A stretch of 53,802 nucleotides of DNA. It comes from a virus (Duplodnaviria; Caudoviricetes). The stretch is from the IMG/VR virus record IMGVR_UViG_3300034072_000696, positions 1 to 53,802 of that record; one strand, written 5' to 3'. Both the position numbers and the translations under genes were made by a program. Of this stretch, positions 28,209-37,603 are shown piece by piece; the stretch's first letter is position 1; each line of letters begins with the position of its first letter. The notes below the pieces were generated by a model. That model had not been told where the DNA came from, ran no database searches, and worked only from the letters and a program-made list of their open reading frames with translations.

Positions 28209-29312
28209 TTACGCGTCGTCGAAGTCCAGATCGCTCAGAGCGGACGCCAGGCCCGAGCCTGCATCCACGGTCTGCACTTCGGTCGACTTGGCTGCGATCA
28301 CTTCGCCTTCCACTGCGGTAGCTTCGGCAGCGGCAACTTCTGCGGCAGCAGCCTCAGCTTCGGCAGCAGCCAGAGCAGCGGCGGCTTGTGCGGCGGCCAG
28401 CTTGGCGGCAGCAGCCTTGGCAGCGGCGGCCTTGGCAGCATCATCTGCAGCCGGAGCAGCGGTCGCTGCGGGTGCGGCCTTCGCAGCAGCCTTCGTCGTC
28501 TTCGCCGCGGGCTTGGTCGCCGGCGCGGTTTCCGTCGGAGTCGCCGCTGCAGCAGCCTTGGTCGGCGCCGGGATGGTCGGTGCGGCAGCAACCACATCCG
28601 AGCCGAGAATCTGCTTGGTGACCTCCAGGTCGCACGCCGCGGCGACTTGATCCACCGTGGCGTCGTCCAGCACGGCGATCGGCTTGAACGTCAGTGCGGG
28701 GTGCGCCACGGTGTAGTCGAAGCCGATCTTGGTGACGACTTCCTGGAACGGGTATCCGCGGGAGGCCAGCAGCTTGTTGAACTCGGTCAGCGGCTTGAGG
28801 CTGGCGGCGGGCACGCGCAGCAGCATGGGATCGTTCAGTGCGTTGACCGCAGCGATGGCCAGGCGCTTGGAGTCGGCGCAAGCCTTACCCTTACCGCCGG
28901 TGTCGCTGATGCGGGAGCCCCACTGGTTGTGCGGGCACGCGGCGCACGATTCGCACTGCTTGTTCTCGGCGTCAAGCGCGGGGAACTCGCCGTCGTTGGA
29001 GTAGCACTCCGGCTTGGCGTCCGAGCCCTCGGTGTAGTTGGTGCCGTAGAACACCTTGGCGGTCTTACCGGCACCCGGGAACACACCCAGGATCACGGCT
29101 TCGATGGATGCTGCGGGCTCGTCCGGGGTATCCGGCTTGGTCAGCAGCGTGGTTTCGTCGCCGCGGCGGATGTGGAAGACCTTGCCCTTGATGGACACGA
29201 CGGGGAAGCCGCCGCCACCGCCGCCCATGAGGTCGGTGGATACGGCGAAGGGGCTGCGCTCGCGGCGTGCGGGGAGGTTGCCGGCGGCGTCAAACGGGAT
29301 CAGGTTGCTCAT
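28209..29312 (-). CDS. Putative ssDNA-binding protein
   Basis: C.SNDG, CxxCPxNQWGS, GKAC, LRVPAASL; Ala-rich linker and acidic DLDFDDA tail; AGGAG RBS. Confidence 0.6.
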   Translation of the reverse strand: MSNLIPFDAAGNLPARRERSPFAVSTDLMGGGGGGFPVVSIKGKVFHIRRGDETTLLTKPDTPDEPAASIEAVILGVFPGAGKTAKVFYGTNYTEGSDAKPECYSNDGEFPALDAENKQCESCAACPHNQWGSRISDTGGKGKACADSKRLAIAAVNALNDPMLLRVPAASLKPLTEFNKLLASRGYPFQEVVTKIGFDYTVAHPALTFKPIAVLDDATVDQVAAACDLEVTKQILGSDVVAAAPTIPAPTKAAAAATPTETAPATKPAAKTTKAAAKAAPAATAAPAADDAAKAAAAKAAAAKLAAAQAAAALAAAEAEAAAAEVAAAEATAVEGEVIAAKSTEVQTVDAGSGLASALSDLDFDDA

Positions 29313-29339
29313 TGTGATTCTCCTAACGGGGGTAGTTGT

Positions 29340-29744
29340 TTAAGAACGACGGAAGCCGACTGCGGCCACTTCGTTCCAGTTCAGGCCGGGGGGCAGAACG
29401 CCGTGCTCGGCCTTGTAGGCTTCGACAGCCGTCTTGTTGGCGCGGACGTCAAGGAAGTCCCACGCCTGGTGCGGGATCACGAACTCCTCCATGAAGGCTT
29501 GGCGATCCGCAGTGGTGCAGGAGGTCTTGATGTTGCGGTACGCAGTGCCGTGCTCGCGGGACGAGGTGCTGTCCGTGCCGCGCTCGTTCAGTCGGCGGAG
29601 GACTTCGGCCTCGATCTTTTCTTGCCGGCTCTTGTCGTCGGCGTCGGCCGCGTCGTGCGCGGCTTTGCGTTGGGCGCGGCGGTCTCGGATTTCGACGAAC
29701 GCTGCGATTAGTACGTCGTCGGTGGCTTCGCTCAGTTTAGCCAT
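29340..29744 (-). CDS. Conserved phage replication-module protein
   Basis: 134 aa coiled N-terminus, HGTAY, LPPGLN motifs; AGGAG RBS. Confidence 0.7.
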   Translation of the reverse strand: MAKLSEATDDVLIAAFVEIRDRRAQRKAAHDAADADDKSRQEKIEAEVLRRLNERGTDSTSSREHGTAYRNIKTSCTTADRQAFMEEFVIPHQAWDFLDVRANKTAVEAYKAEHGVLPPGLNWNEVAAVGFRRS

Positions 29745-29754
29745 GTCTGCTCCT

Positions 29755-29797
29755 GGTTACGTGTAAGCACATTATACGGTTTAGTGTTGTTGGTCAA
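29755..29797 (-). promoter_or_regulatory. Leftward promoter with operator
   Basis: TATAAT (29771-29776, - strand), TTGACC at short 15-nt spacing, GGTTACGTGTAAGC 29755-29768. Confidence 0.65.
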
Positions 29798-31389
29798 AAA
29801 GTCGTTGCAAGTGCCTCCGTCTCGGTTCGTTCGCTTCGAATCATTTCGAGCAGAATGTTTTGCGCACTCTGCTTCTCCTTCAAGCGCTTGTAGTATTTCC
29901 GTTCGATATCGGTTCCCTCCACCATGACGATCAACTGACTGTGCTTCTGACCCGGACGGGTGATCCGGCCATTGGCCTGCTCAAACGTGTCGTTGGACGT
30001 GACCGGCGCGTACCAGATGATCGTGGACGCTGCCGTGAGGGTCAGGCCGTGGCTCATACTCGCTGGCTGCGCGACCAGAACCTGTGGCGTATCCGTCTTC
30101 TGAAACGCGTTGAAGATGCGGTCCCGCTCGCCCTTACCGACGCCACCGTGGATGATCTCAACAGTGAGGCCGGCGCCCTTCAAGTGCTCGGCGACCATTT
30201 CCAGTACCGCCACGAACGGTACGAACACGATGGTCTTGGTGCCCGCTTCGCGGATAACCTCCTCGACGACCGTAAGCCGGCTTGACGCGTCGAACAGCAG
30301 TGGCGCCCCGTCGTTCCCGTACGCCACGCCGCAGGCGATCTGGATCAGCTTCTGCGCCTTCACCGCCGCGTTGACTGCAGTCACCTCGCCGCTATCGACT
30401 TCGTGGTGCAGCGTCTCCAGCATGTTCTTGTACGCCGCGCGCTGCTCGCTCGTAAGCTCCACGGAGCGCGTCTGGTACACGCAGGGGGGCAGGTCGATAC
30501 ATTCGTCCCGCGTGTACCGGATCGCCGGCTGCATGGCGTCCTGGACCAGCTTGTGTGCGTCCGGGCGCGGCACCCACGAGAACGTCCCCACCTGGCGCAT
30601 CACGGACTCTTTAAACCGCTTCATGCTGGATGGCACGTTCTTCGGTGAAATGATCTGGCACTGCGCCCAGGCATCGGTTGGTGAGTTCGGCGTCGGCGTC
30701 CCGGTCAGGCCCCATACGATCCGCTCATGCTGCTTACAGGTAAGCGTTCGAAGGACACGGAAACGCTCCGCGCCGGCGGAACGAGCGATCTGCGCCAGCT
30801 CGTCGATAGCGATCACATTGATGTCCGGCCGATCGGCAAGCGCCTCCAAGAGCCCGCGCACCTTGATCCCATCATGGTTGATGAGATAGACATCGAAGTC
30901 TCGGTTGTCGAGCAGCTTGAGCCGCTTGTCCCTGGAGCCGTGCAGCACCGTGTAGTTCAGGTGCGGGAAACTCGTGAACAGTTCATCGCCCCAGGTGCGC
31001 TCCAGTGTTGAGAGCGGGGTGATGACCAAGAGCTTCTGCGCGCGGCCGATGGACCGCAGATAGTCGTAGGACCACAGCGTGCTGATCGTCTTTCCCGTGC
31101 CGATGTCGTTCAGGTTGAACGCGCGATCGTGAGTGGTGAGAAACCCGGCCGTCTCGCGTTGGTGGTTGAACGGGGTGAACTGGCCGGGCCAGTCGTAGTA
31201 GTAAAGGATGGGCGAGGGCGCCTTGATCCCGAGGTTGCGCAACACACGGACTTCGTCCACGCCGTGCTTGACCGCCACGTAGTCCTTGCCATCGTGGTTG
31301 ATGATCTTCGCCGACGGGATGACCGTGGTTACGCGAGCCGGGTCACGGAGCCGGAGTACCAGTGCCTTCTTGGGCTTGTATACGAGCAT
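29794..31389 (-). CDS. SNF2-family (SF2) helicase
   Basis: GTGKT, IDE, LTGTP, HGLTLT, QANGRITRPGQ. Confidence 0.92.
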   Translation of the reverse strand: MLVYKPKKALVLRLRDPARVTTVIPSAKIINHDGKDYVAVKHGVDEVRVLRNLGIKAPSPILYYYDWPGQFTPFNHQRETAGFLTTHDRAFNLNDIGTGKTISTLWSYDYLRSIGRAQKLLVITPLSTLERTWGDELFTSFPHLNYTVLHGSRDKRLKLLDNRDFDVYLINHDGIKVRGLLEALADRPDINVIAIDELAQIARSAGAERFRVLRTLTCKQHERIVWGLTGTPTPNSPTDAWAQCQIISPKNVPSSMKRFKESVMRQVGTFSWVPRPDAHKLVQDAMQPAIRYTRDECIDLPPCVYQTRSVELTSEQRAAYKNMLETLHHEVDSGEVTAVNAAVKAQKLIQIACGVAYGNDGAPLLFDASSRLTVVEEVIREAGTKTIVFVPFVAVLEMVAEHLKGAGLTVEIIHGGVGKGERDRIFNAFQKTDTPQVLVAQPASMSHGLTLTAASTIIWYAPVTSNDTFEQANGRITRPGQKHSQLIVMVEGTDIERKYYKRLKEKQSAQNILLEMIRSERTETEALATTF

Positions 31390-31627
31390 GGGGCGCCTCA
31401 ATGAATTCGACGAGCTTGGACAGGTAGTGCTGGGCCTTCTTCAAGTCTTCGATGCCACCCTTGTCGTTGCAGCGGGCGGTGTACTTGATGACGTTGCCGC
31501 GCAGGTAGCCGATGAACTCCTCGCGGGTCATCCACGATTCCATTGCGTGCCACGGCTGGATGGTCTTGCTGTTGTAGTGGTTGCCGCCGACCTGGGTGGC
31601 GTCGGCGGTTTGGTTTGCTACGTTCAT
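31343..31627 (-). CDS. DUF3310 (SaV-like) protein
   Basis: QVGGNHY, GNVIKY, EDLKKA..YL; AGAGG RBS before ATG 31627. Confidence 0.85.
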   Translation of the reverse strand: MNVANQTADATQVGGNHYNSKTIQPWHAMESWMTREEFIGYLRGNVIKYTARCNDKGGIEDLKKAQHYLSKLVEFIEAPHARIQAQEGTGTPAP

Positions 31628-31704
31628 GACGTTGTTACCTCTTGCGATGATCGGTGGCACGGGGGGGCCCATGCCCCCGGTGGCTGGGATGGGGAATATC
31701 GAGA

Positions 31705-31887
31705 TCATTTCGTGCGCGCCTTGTTGGTGATATACGCGCCGTAATCGACGTGCGGGCGCAGCGCGTCCTGTTCGCCTTGCAGGCGGTGAATCTCACCCGC
31801 CGCAAAATTGAGCGCTTCGACGAGTTCCTCCCGGGTGAGTTCGTCGATCGGGCGCCCGTAGAGCATGGCTACACGGGGTTCGCTCAT
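31705..31887 (-). CDS. Hypothetical protein
   Basis: 60 aa, overlaps upstream stop. Confidence 0.55.
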   Translation of the reverse strand: MSEPRVAMLYGRPIDELTREELVEALNFAAGEIHRLQGEQDALRPHVDYGAYITNKARTK

Positions 31888-32156
31888 TTCTTGTTCGGCA
31901 CCTTGTAGCCGGATTGGCCCTTGCGCCATCCGCGGTTAGTCTTTTGGTCCTGGACCACCGTGTTGCCCTTGGTGTTGCGCCCACCGTTGTCCAGCGCGAC
32001 CTTGTGCGCCACGTCCTTACCATCGCCGACCTTGGCGTCGCCGCGCTTGATGGCGGCTTGGCGCGCGGCGTTGTTGAGAACCCGCTTCTTCACGTTCTCG
32101 GGTCGGGCGTTGTATTCAGCCTGGTAGGCCAGCTTCTGCTTCGATGACTTTGGCAT
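31884..32156 (-). CDS. Small HNH-endonuclease-like protein
   Basis: GDGKDVAHK..L..GG.N...N.....NR motif. Confidence 0.75.
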   Translation of the reverse strand: MPKSSKQKLAYQAEYNARPENVKKRVLNNAARQAAIKRGDAKVGDGKDVAHKVALDNGGRNTKGNTVVQDQKTNRGWRKGQSGYKVPNKK

Positions 32157-32167
32157 GTTGTCTCCGG

Positions 32168-32512
32168 TTACACGTAAGCACGTAGGCAGTAATGGTTAAG
32201 AGCAGCGCGGAGCTGCTCCACGTCGTCAAATACACAGGCTTCGCCGCCTGCGGCTTGGATCGCCGCGATCTCGCGGAGCTGATTAGCGGTGGCGCCCTTG
32301 ATGTTACCGGGGGCCTTGGCCTCGAACCCACAAAACAGGCCGACGGTCTTGCCGACCATATCGGCGGTGATGGTGATCGGCGCGCAGACAATGAAGTCCG
32401 GTGCCCCAACGCGCCCCATCCCGTTACTGACCGGCATGTAGTAGTACGCGCCGATCTCCCCGAAATACTTTTTCGCTGCGTCCTTGACGCGCCCTTCCGG
32501 GGTCGCTGCCAT
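32168..32512 (-). CDS. VRR-NUC nuclease
   Basis: TPEGRVK, GAPDF, EAK, T.NQ, AGG. Confidence 0.88.
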   Translation of the reverse strand: MAATPEGRVKDAAKKYFGEIGAYYYMPVSNGMGRVGAPDFIVCAPITITADMVGKTVGLFCGFEAKAPGNIKGATANQLREIAAIQAAGGEACVFDDVEQLRAALNHYCLRAYV

Positions 32513-32670
32513 CAACTGCCCCCTCTTTCCGCAGTAAGCAGCGCGATCTCCTCAAGCGCGCGGCCAAGTCGGTCAGCCAGCTCCACTTCGGCGTCGGTCG
32601 TCTCGGCCTGGGAGCAGACATGGGTGATGAGGTCTTCATCGGTCAGTTGCGACAATTCGGCGATGCTCAA
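32512..32670 (-). CDS. Small hypothetical protein (52 aa, TTG start; not in ORF track)
   Basis: AGGAGAG RBS, MSIAELSQLTDEDL..., stop overlaps VRR-NUC ATG. Confidence 0.6.
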   Translation of the reverse strand: MSIAELSQLTDEDLITHVCSQAETTDAEVELADRLGRALEEIALLTAERGGS

Positions 32671-32702
32671 AATACTCTCTCCTGATTACTTGTAAGCTCT
32701 TA

Positions 32703-33374
32703 CTATTTACGCTTAGGTTCCCAAAACTCACAGTGCGCCCGGGTTGCGGGGCACCAACCGCGACACAAACCCGAGGGCTTCGGGAGCCACACGTTCTTGT
32801 CTGCTGCTGCCTGGATACGCCCGGCACGGCGCGCGTACTCCTCCCAAATCACTGGCAGCTCGTCTCGGTAAAATGATTTTTTTGAAACCTTGAAATCTTT
32901 GAGCCAGATGAAGGCAGTGTCAACCACGGGCAATTCCTTGTGGTGCTGCATGAGCACGCCGGCGGTCAATCGCAACTGATCTGAATCAGCCTTCACTTTA
33001 CCAGTTTTCCAATCGCCCGCGAAGCCCCTGTGCGGCTGGATGGCGCTCACGTCGATGATGGCCCGCACCCAAACGTCCTTGGCAAACCACCCGGTAGGTT
33101 CTAGGTTACGTGTAAGCGCGTATTGAGTTTCAGTTTTTACGTTTTTGAGGCCATCGAAACGCGCAGCCAGCGGCTCCCATTGCGCCATCCCTTCCGGCAG
33201 TGGGGTTTTGTCCCGCACTCGATACTCCAGGGCCTTATGGACCTCGTTCCCCCACGTCGTCGCCTCACTTGGGGGTTCCTTCACCAGCTTCGCAACTCGC
33301 ACCAAGTAAAACTGGCGGGGGCAGGTTTCAAATTGTGAGAGGGCCGAGTGCGACCATGCAATTTGCTTCGTCAT
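32703..33374 (-). CDS. PD-(D/E)XK Cas4/RecB-like exonuclease
   Basis: SHS....TCPR, IID, DWKTGK, QL, C-terminal C...WC....C. Confidence 0.85.
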   Translation of the reverse strand: MTKQIAWSHSALSQFETCPRQFYLVRVAKLVKEPPSEATTWGNEVHKALEYRVRDKTPLPEGMAQWEPLAARFDGLKNVKTETQYALTRNLEPTGWFAKDVWVRAIIDVSAIQPHRGFAGDWKTGKVKADSDQLRLTAGVLMQHHKELPVVDTAFIWLKDFKVSKKSFYRDELPVIWEEYARRAGRIQAAADKNVWLPKPSGLCRGWCPATRAHCEFWEPKRK

Positions 33375-33913
33375 TTAGGCAATTCTCCACGGGCGATTTC
33401 AGCGTCGATATCGGCCCACATTTGGTCTACCGCGTCGTTGAATTCATCCCGGTCGGCGCGCTCCTGGCCGCCGCCGAGTAAAGACTTGCGGACCTTCTGG
33501 CGGCGGAGCTGCCACGCGGCGACGCACTTGCGCGAGTACGCGGCCTTGGCATCCACGGTGTTCTCGATCAGCCCCGTAGCCAGAGCCGCGGCGATGGCCC
33601 TGTTGATGCGGTCGCGGCGCTCCTGCTGCACTACGCGGGTGTGGACCCGGCGGTAGAGCGCGTGGAGGTCGTCGTCATACGAGCGCGCGCCCTTGGTGCG
33701 CTGGTCGCGTTCCTTCTTGATGAAGGTGAGCCAGCCTGAAAGGTCGGCCGCGTACTTGGCGATGACGGGGCGCAAATACTCGTGATCTGGCGGCAGTCCG
33801 AACTTCGCGCCGAGCTTCTGCGCCAACGGCATATAAGAGTCCGCCAGGTCGAGGACTGCTGCGGGGGAGTCTGACTTGCGCAAAACGTCCTTAAACTGTT
33901 GAATCGTAGACAT
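33371..33913 (-). CDS. Hypothetical basic helical protein (180 aa)
   Basis: AGAGGGA RBS before ATG 33913; operator copy upstream at 33966-33979. Confidence 0.65.
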   Translation of the reverse strand: MSTIQQFKDVLRKSDSPAAVLDLADSYMPLAQKLGAKFGLPPDHEYLRPVIAKYAADLSGWLTFIKKERDQRTKGARSYDDDLHALYRRVHTRVVQQERRDRINRAIAAALATGLIENTVDAKAAYSRKCVAAWQLRRQKVRKSLLGGGQERADRDEFNDAVDQMWADIDAEIARGELPK

Positions 33914-34020
33914 GTTATGTCCCTCTTTTGCGTATTGTTGTATGTACATCATACACTTTCCGCCCGCGTACAAGTAAGCAATATAAACGAGCCACGGGCG
34001 GAGTTTTCTACTCCTTTTCC

Positions 34021-35982
34021 TTATTTCGCTTCGCCGTAACTCTGGGCGATGTCGCCCTCGGACCACGTGACCAGCTCCGGCCACCACTTCGGTGGGGTGC
34101 GCATCACGCCTTGAACGATGGCCAGGTGGGACTCCGCCTCCGCATCAGGGACGATATAGATCAGTTCGTCGTGGACCGACAGGACCGGCCAGTGCCCCGT
34201 GAGCTTCTTGACCTCCAGCATGTTGTCCGCGATCACGTCCCGTGCCAGAGCCTGCACGATGTTTTCATCGCACTTCCCGCCGTTCAGGAACGTGGTGTTG
34301 CGCCCGCGCCCCATCTTCCACGTGGCGCTGCCGTTTTCCACCTCTTGCCGCAGCTCCGGGTAGTAAATCAAGCGCCCGCTCGGGAGGAGGAAGCCTTCCG
34401 GGGTCGTGGTGACCAGGCCCCACGGGTCAACGGCTTGCGTAGCGCCGGTGACAATCGCCGTCAGCGCGTTTTGGCACCGCTTCCAGCCTTGCTGAATCGC
34501 AACGTACATCCGGCGCCAGCTCGACACGATAGACTTGGATTCGCCCTCGTCGATGTCCACCCCGCCCATCGTCTTGGCGATGGTGATGAACGTCTTCCAG
34601 CCGGCGCCGAAGCCCAGGCCCAAGTGGGCCACCTTACCGATCTGCCGCTGGTCCTTGGTCACTTCGTCGAACATCACGTTGTACAGCGTGGTGGCGAAAT
34701 CCTTGTAGAGATCGGCATCGCCCGGCGAGGCTTGGTACAACGCCATGCTGGACTCGACCTGCCACAAGAAGTGGTTGACGCGTAGCTCGATCCCGGACAA
34801 GTCGGCCACGACGACCTTGTATCCCTTCGGCGCGCGGAGGCACATGCGCAGCGCGTTGGAAATCTTCGGGATGATGTTGCCCAACTTATCCCGGGGGATG
34901 CGCGGCAGGTTTTGCTGGTTCAACCCCAGGGCGCCGCCCCAACGGCCTGTATGCCCGCCGTAGTAGGCGAGTGCGATCGGCATCATGCCATTGCACGCTC
35001 GGGCGACAGCGATGAACGCCTCCAGGCGGGTCTCGACTTGGGTGGACTTCACCCCGAGGCGCGCACTCGCGGCCAGCGCTACCAGTTCATTGTCCGACTC
35101 CTGCAGCGCGAGGAACGCCTCGTCCGTCTTCGACAGCGCCGGAATCATCTTCTCCGGGTTGGACGGCGATGGCTTCATCGGCACCTCGGCGCCCAGCGAC
35201 CGCAGGAACTCCGCGAACTTCGGGGCGCTGGCCAGCGTCATCTGCGCCGCAGTGATGACGTCTTCGTCGTCCATGCCCGGCCAGAATGCGCCGGCCTGCT
35301 TACCGATCGTGACGAGGAGTTGCCGCTTACGGGCTTGCTCCTCTACCAGTGCCGCTTCGAGCATGGGGATGTCCACTTCGAACTTCGGCTCGACCAGCAT
35401 GCGGATCGTGGCGTCGATGAGCCGCATTTCGCGCTTACTTGTACGCTTGAGAAGGAGCGAAAAAAGGCCCGCGCATTGCTCTGTGTCGTTGCGGTTGTAG
35501 ACCTTCATCGCTTCCAGCTCGTCAGGCGTGAAGTCCGCCAGGTGCTTGCCGCGGGTGTTCACCAGTGCGCTGTTGTCCTTGCGCGTGGCGATTCCCATCT
35601 GGCCCAGCTCGTCCTGGAAGTGCTCCACGAGCGCAGCCAGGGAGACCCCAATGGTCTTGCCGAAGTGCGGCTTCGCCATCGCCAGCGTGCAGCCCCACAT
35701 GGCCGGGCGGACGCCGCAGCGCCACGCCAGGATCATGGCGTCAAAGCCCGAGTTGTTGTGGGCGATGACCAGCTTGTCGGACCAGTCGATCTTCTTGAGC
35801 GCGGCGATGACGTTCTCCTCGCCGAAGATCACGTCCGTCGGGTGGTTGCCGAACTTCGCCGAGATACTGATGATCTCTGTCTCGGGGTGGAGACAGTACA
35901 AGATCGGGTTCATCTTGGACAGGCTGTGCGTCGTCGACCAGAAGGTTTCCAGGTCGAGGACAACAGGGGTGAGAGCAGCCAT
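34021..35982 (-). CDS. DNA polymerase family A with 3'-5' exonuclease
   Basis: DLET, HN..FD, HTGR, DLSGIELR, RQIGKVAHLG, VHDE. Confidence 0.95.
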   Translation of the reverse strand: MAALTPVVLDLETFWSTTHSLSKMNPILYCLHPETEIISISAKFGNHPTDVIFGEENVIAALKKIDWSDKLVIAHNNSGFDAMILAWRCGVRPAMWGCTLAMAKPHFGKTIGVSLAALVEHFQDELGQMGIATRKDNSALVNTRGKHLADFTPDELEAMKVYNRNDTEQCAGLFSLLLKRTSKREMRLIDATIRMLVEPKFEVDIPMLEAALVEEQARKRQLLVTIGKQAGAFWPGMDDEDVITAAQMTLASAPKFAEFLRSLGAEVPMKPSPSNPEKMIPALSKTDEAFLALQESDNELVALAASARLGVKSTQVETRLEAFIAVARACNGMMPIALAYYGGHTGRWGGALGLNQQNLPRIPRDKLGNIIPKISNALRMCLRAPKGYKVVVADLSGIELRVNHFLWQVESSMALYQASPGDADLYKDFATTLYNVMFDEVTKDQRQIGKVAHLGLGFGAGWKTFITIAKTMGGVDIDEGESKSIVSSWRRMYVAIQQGWKRCQNALTAIVTGATQAVDPWGLVTTTPEGFLLPSGRLIYYPELRQEVENGSATWKMGRGRNTTFLNGGKCDENIVQALARDVIADNMLEVKKLTGHWPVLSVHDELIYIVPDAEAESHLAIVQGVMRTPPKWWPELVTWSEGDIAQSYGEAK

Positions 35983-36233
35983 TAATTAGGCCGCCCCATA
36001 TTAAAGCCCTTGCTGGTGAAGCCTGCGTGGAGCGTGGTCTTCACGTGGTCCAGCATGATCTGCGTGGCCTGGGTGCCGGCCACGGGGTTGTCGGACATGT
36101 TCACAATCAGGCGGCCCATACTCTCAGCCAGGGCCAGGAGGACTTCGCCCTGATTGAAGCGGCCGTCGCCGATAGCGTTGGTGATGATCTGGACGATCCA
36201 CTGGACGTTGCCTGGATTAATCGGTTGCTGCAT
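35982..36233 (-). CDS. Hypothetical protein
   Basis: 83 aa, AAGGA RBS, translational coupling with pol. Confidence 0.65.
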   Translation of the reverse strand: MQQPINPGNVQWIVQIITNAIGDGRFNQGEVLLALAESMGRLIVNMSDNPVAGTQATQIMLDHVKTTLHAGFTSKGFNMGRPN

Positions 36234-36417
36234 GGTGTGTCGTTTCCTTGTATTTGAATTCGTACCCCGCGGCCGAGACCGCGTCTTTCATTTCGATGAT
36301 CTGGAGGAGCAGCGTCTTCATCTGCTCGTCCCGCGCTTCCAGGCGGCGCTTGGTTTCCGCCAACTCGGCTCTAGTGCGGGCCAGCTCCCACCGCAACCGA
36401 TCTCTATTCAGCGTCAC
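36217..36417 (-). CDS. Small coiled-coil protein
   Basis: GTG start in GTGA overlap with upstream gene. Confidence 0.55.
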   Translation of the reverse strand: MTLNRDRLRWELARTRAELAETKRRLEARDEQMKTLLLQIIEMKDAVSAAGYEFKYKETTHHAATD

Positions 36418-36713
36418 TTGATGCGCTCCCACACCGTCGCCTTGTTCGCTGCGGATACCCGCACCGCCCCTTTCTTCGCGAGGTAGCCCCGCTTCTCCAG
36501 TTTGTGCAGTGCATGGTTGGCGCTCGCGCTGGAGGCGTAGCCGAGAAGGCGCGCGGCGGCGGTCGTAGTGAGTCGTTCCCCCACGCTCCATTTGCCATCC
36601 ATACGTTCGTGCGCGGTCTGTTTACGGCTTTCTACGGCATCGGCCTCTGCGGCCCGCAGCGTCGCCGCGTAGGCCGCCGCGCGTCCGACTTGCTCAATCA
36701 TGGACGGGATCAT
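36414..36713 (-). CDS. Winged-HTH protein, paralog A
   Basis: TTAAARLLG....A..AL.KLEKRG, WERIK end. Confidence 0.65.
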   Translation of the reverse strand: MIPSMIEQVGRAAAYAATLRAAEADAVESRKQTAHERMDGKWSVGERLTTTAAARLLGYASSASANHALHKLEKRGYLAKKGAVRVSAANKATVWERIK

Positions 36714-36889
36714 TTGGTGCACCCCTCGCACTGCGCGTCGTTATGGCGGCTGTCGTAGTTGCACCGGGTCGTCGATCGGTCCTCGATGTATTGCTGCTTC
36801 ATCGTGAACTCGCCGTCGGGGCGGTAGTCGCGCACCAGGACGAAGTAACCCGGCTTCCGCTCTGAGTTCCGGCATCCGTACGGCTTCAT
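36710..36889 (-). CDS. Small Cys-containing protein (59 aa; not in ORF track)
   Basis: MKPYGCRN...C.Y.....CEGC; ATGA overlaps at both ends. Confidence 0.6.
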   Translation of the reverse strand: MKPYGCRNSERKPGYFVLVRDYRPDGEFTMKQQYIEDRSTTRCNYDSRHNDAQCEGCTK

Positions 36890-37230
36890 TTCAACCGCTC
36901 CCAGTGCACGACCTTGTAGCCGGACTCGCCACGGGTTTTGTCCCTGCGGATCACGACGCCGGCGAACTGCAGGCGGTCCAGCGCACCCATCGCGGCGGAG
37001 GTGCCGATGCGCATCATCTTGGCGAACGCGGTGGTAGGGCGCTGCTCGCCGACCGGCCAGTGGGGGTCAATCGCGGGCTTGACCCTGGTCTCGAAGTAGA
37101 CGAGCGCTCGATGGCGCCGCACCTCCTCTTTACTCGCGCCAGGGGCAATCGACGGCGCATTTGCGTCGCGCTCCGCGCCGGGTAGCGTCTTGTGCGCCGT
37201 TGCAAGTTGCTCAAACAGACCAGGGATCAC
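36886..37230 (-). CDS. Winged-HTH protein, paralog B
   Basis: TTAFAKMM....A..AL.RL..AG, WERLK end. Confidence 0.65.
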   Translation of the reverse strand: MIPGLFEQLATAHKTLPGAERDANAPSIAPGASKEEVRRHRALVYFETRVKPAIDPHWPVGEQRPTTAFAKMMRIGTSAAMGALDRLQFAGVVIRRDKTRGESGYKVVHWERLK

Positions 37231-37430
37231 AGCAGCCCCCTGTCGCGGGCCTTTTGCCAGTCGTCCCTACATTGGTCGTCGCACCAGCGCCGGCCCGCGG
37301 GGAGCGATGCGCCGCACTCGTTCAGGCACATGCCAGTTGCCTCGGCTTCGGGCTTCAAGTCCACCGACGCGATCCGGTTCTGCACAACCGCGGCCACCAG
37401 ATCATTGGCCGCGTCTACTACATCCGCCAT
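37227..37430 (-). CDS. DksA/TraR-like C4 zinc-finger protein
   Basis: MAD..D.A N-terminus, C...CG......RWC...C. Confidence 0.65.
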   Translation of the reverse strand: MADVVDAANDLVAAVVQNRIASVDLKPEAEATGMCLNECGASLPAGRRWCDDQCRDDWQKARDRGLL

Positions 37431-37603
37431 CAGAATTCCTTGTGCATGTTGAGAAGGTCTTTGTTCGCCATGCGGGTGGCGGCATCCAGGGAGAAACCCT
37501 GGGAGCGGTACGCCGCGATGGCATCAAGGACGAACTGCTCCTCCCACGCGTTGAGCGGGGGCGGCTCATGCGGGCCGTAGTGACCTTGCATACCGGGTTG
37601 CAT
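37430..37603 (-). CDS. Small hypothetical protein (57 aa)
   Basis: TGATG overlaps with both neighbours. Confidence 0.5.
   Translation of the reverse strand: MQPGMQGHYGPHEPPPLNAWEEQFVLDAIAAYRSQGFSLDAATRMANKDLLNMHKEF

Noticed and set aside
28300-28560. Repetitive GCAGC/GCGGC tract
   Set aside because: Explained by the Ala/Lys-rich linker of the SSB-like protein
32703-33374. CRISPR-Cas system suggested by Cas4-like nuclease
   Set aside because: No array or other cas genes; it is a standard phage replication-module nuclease
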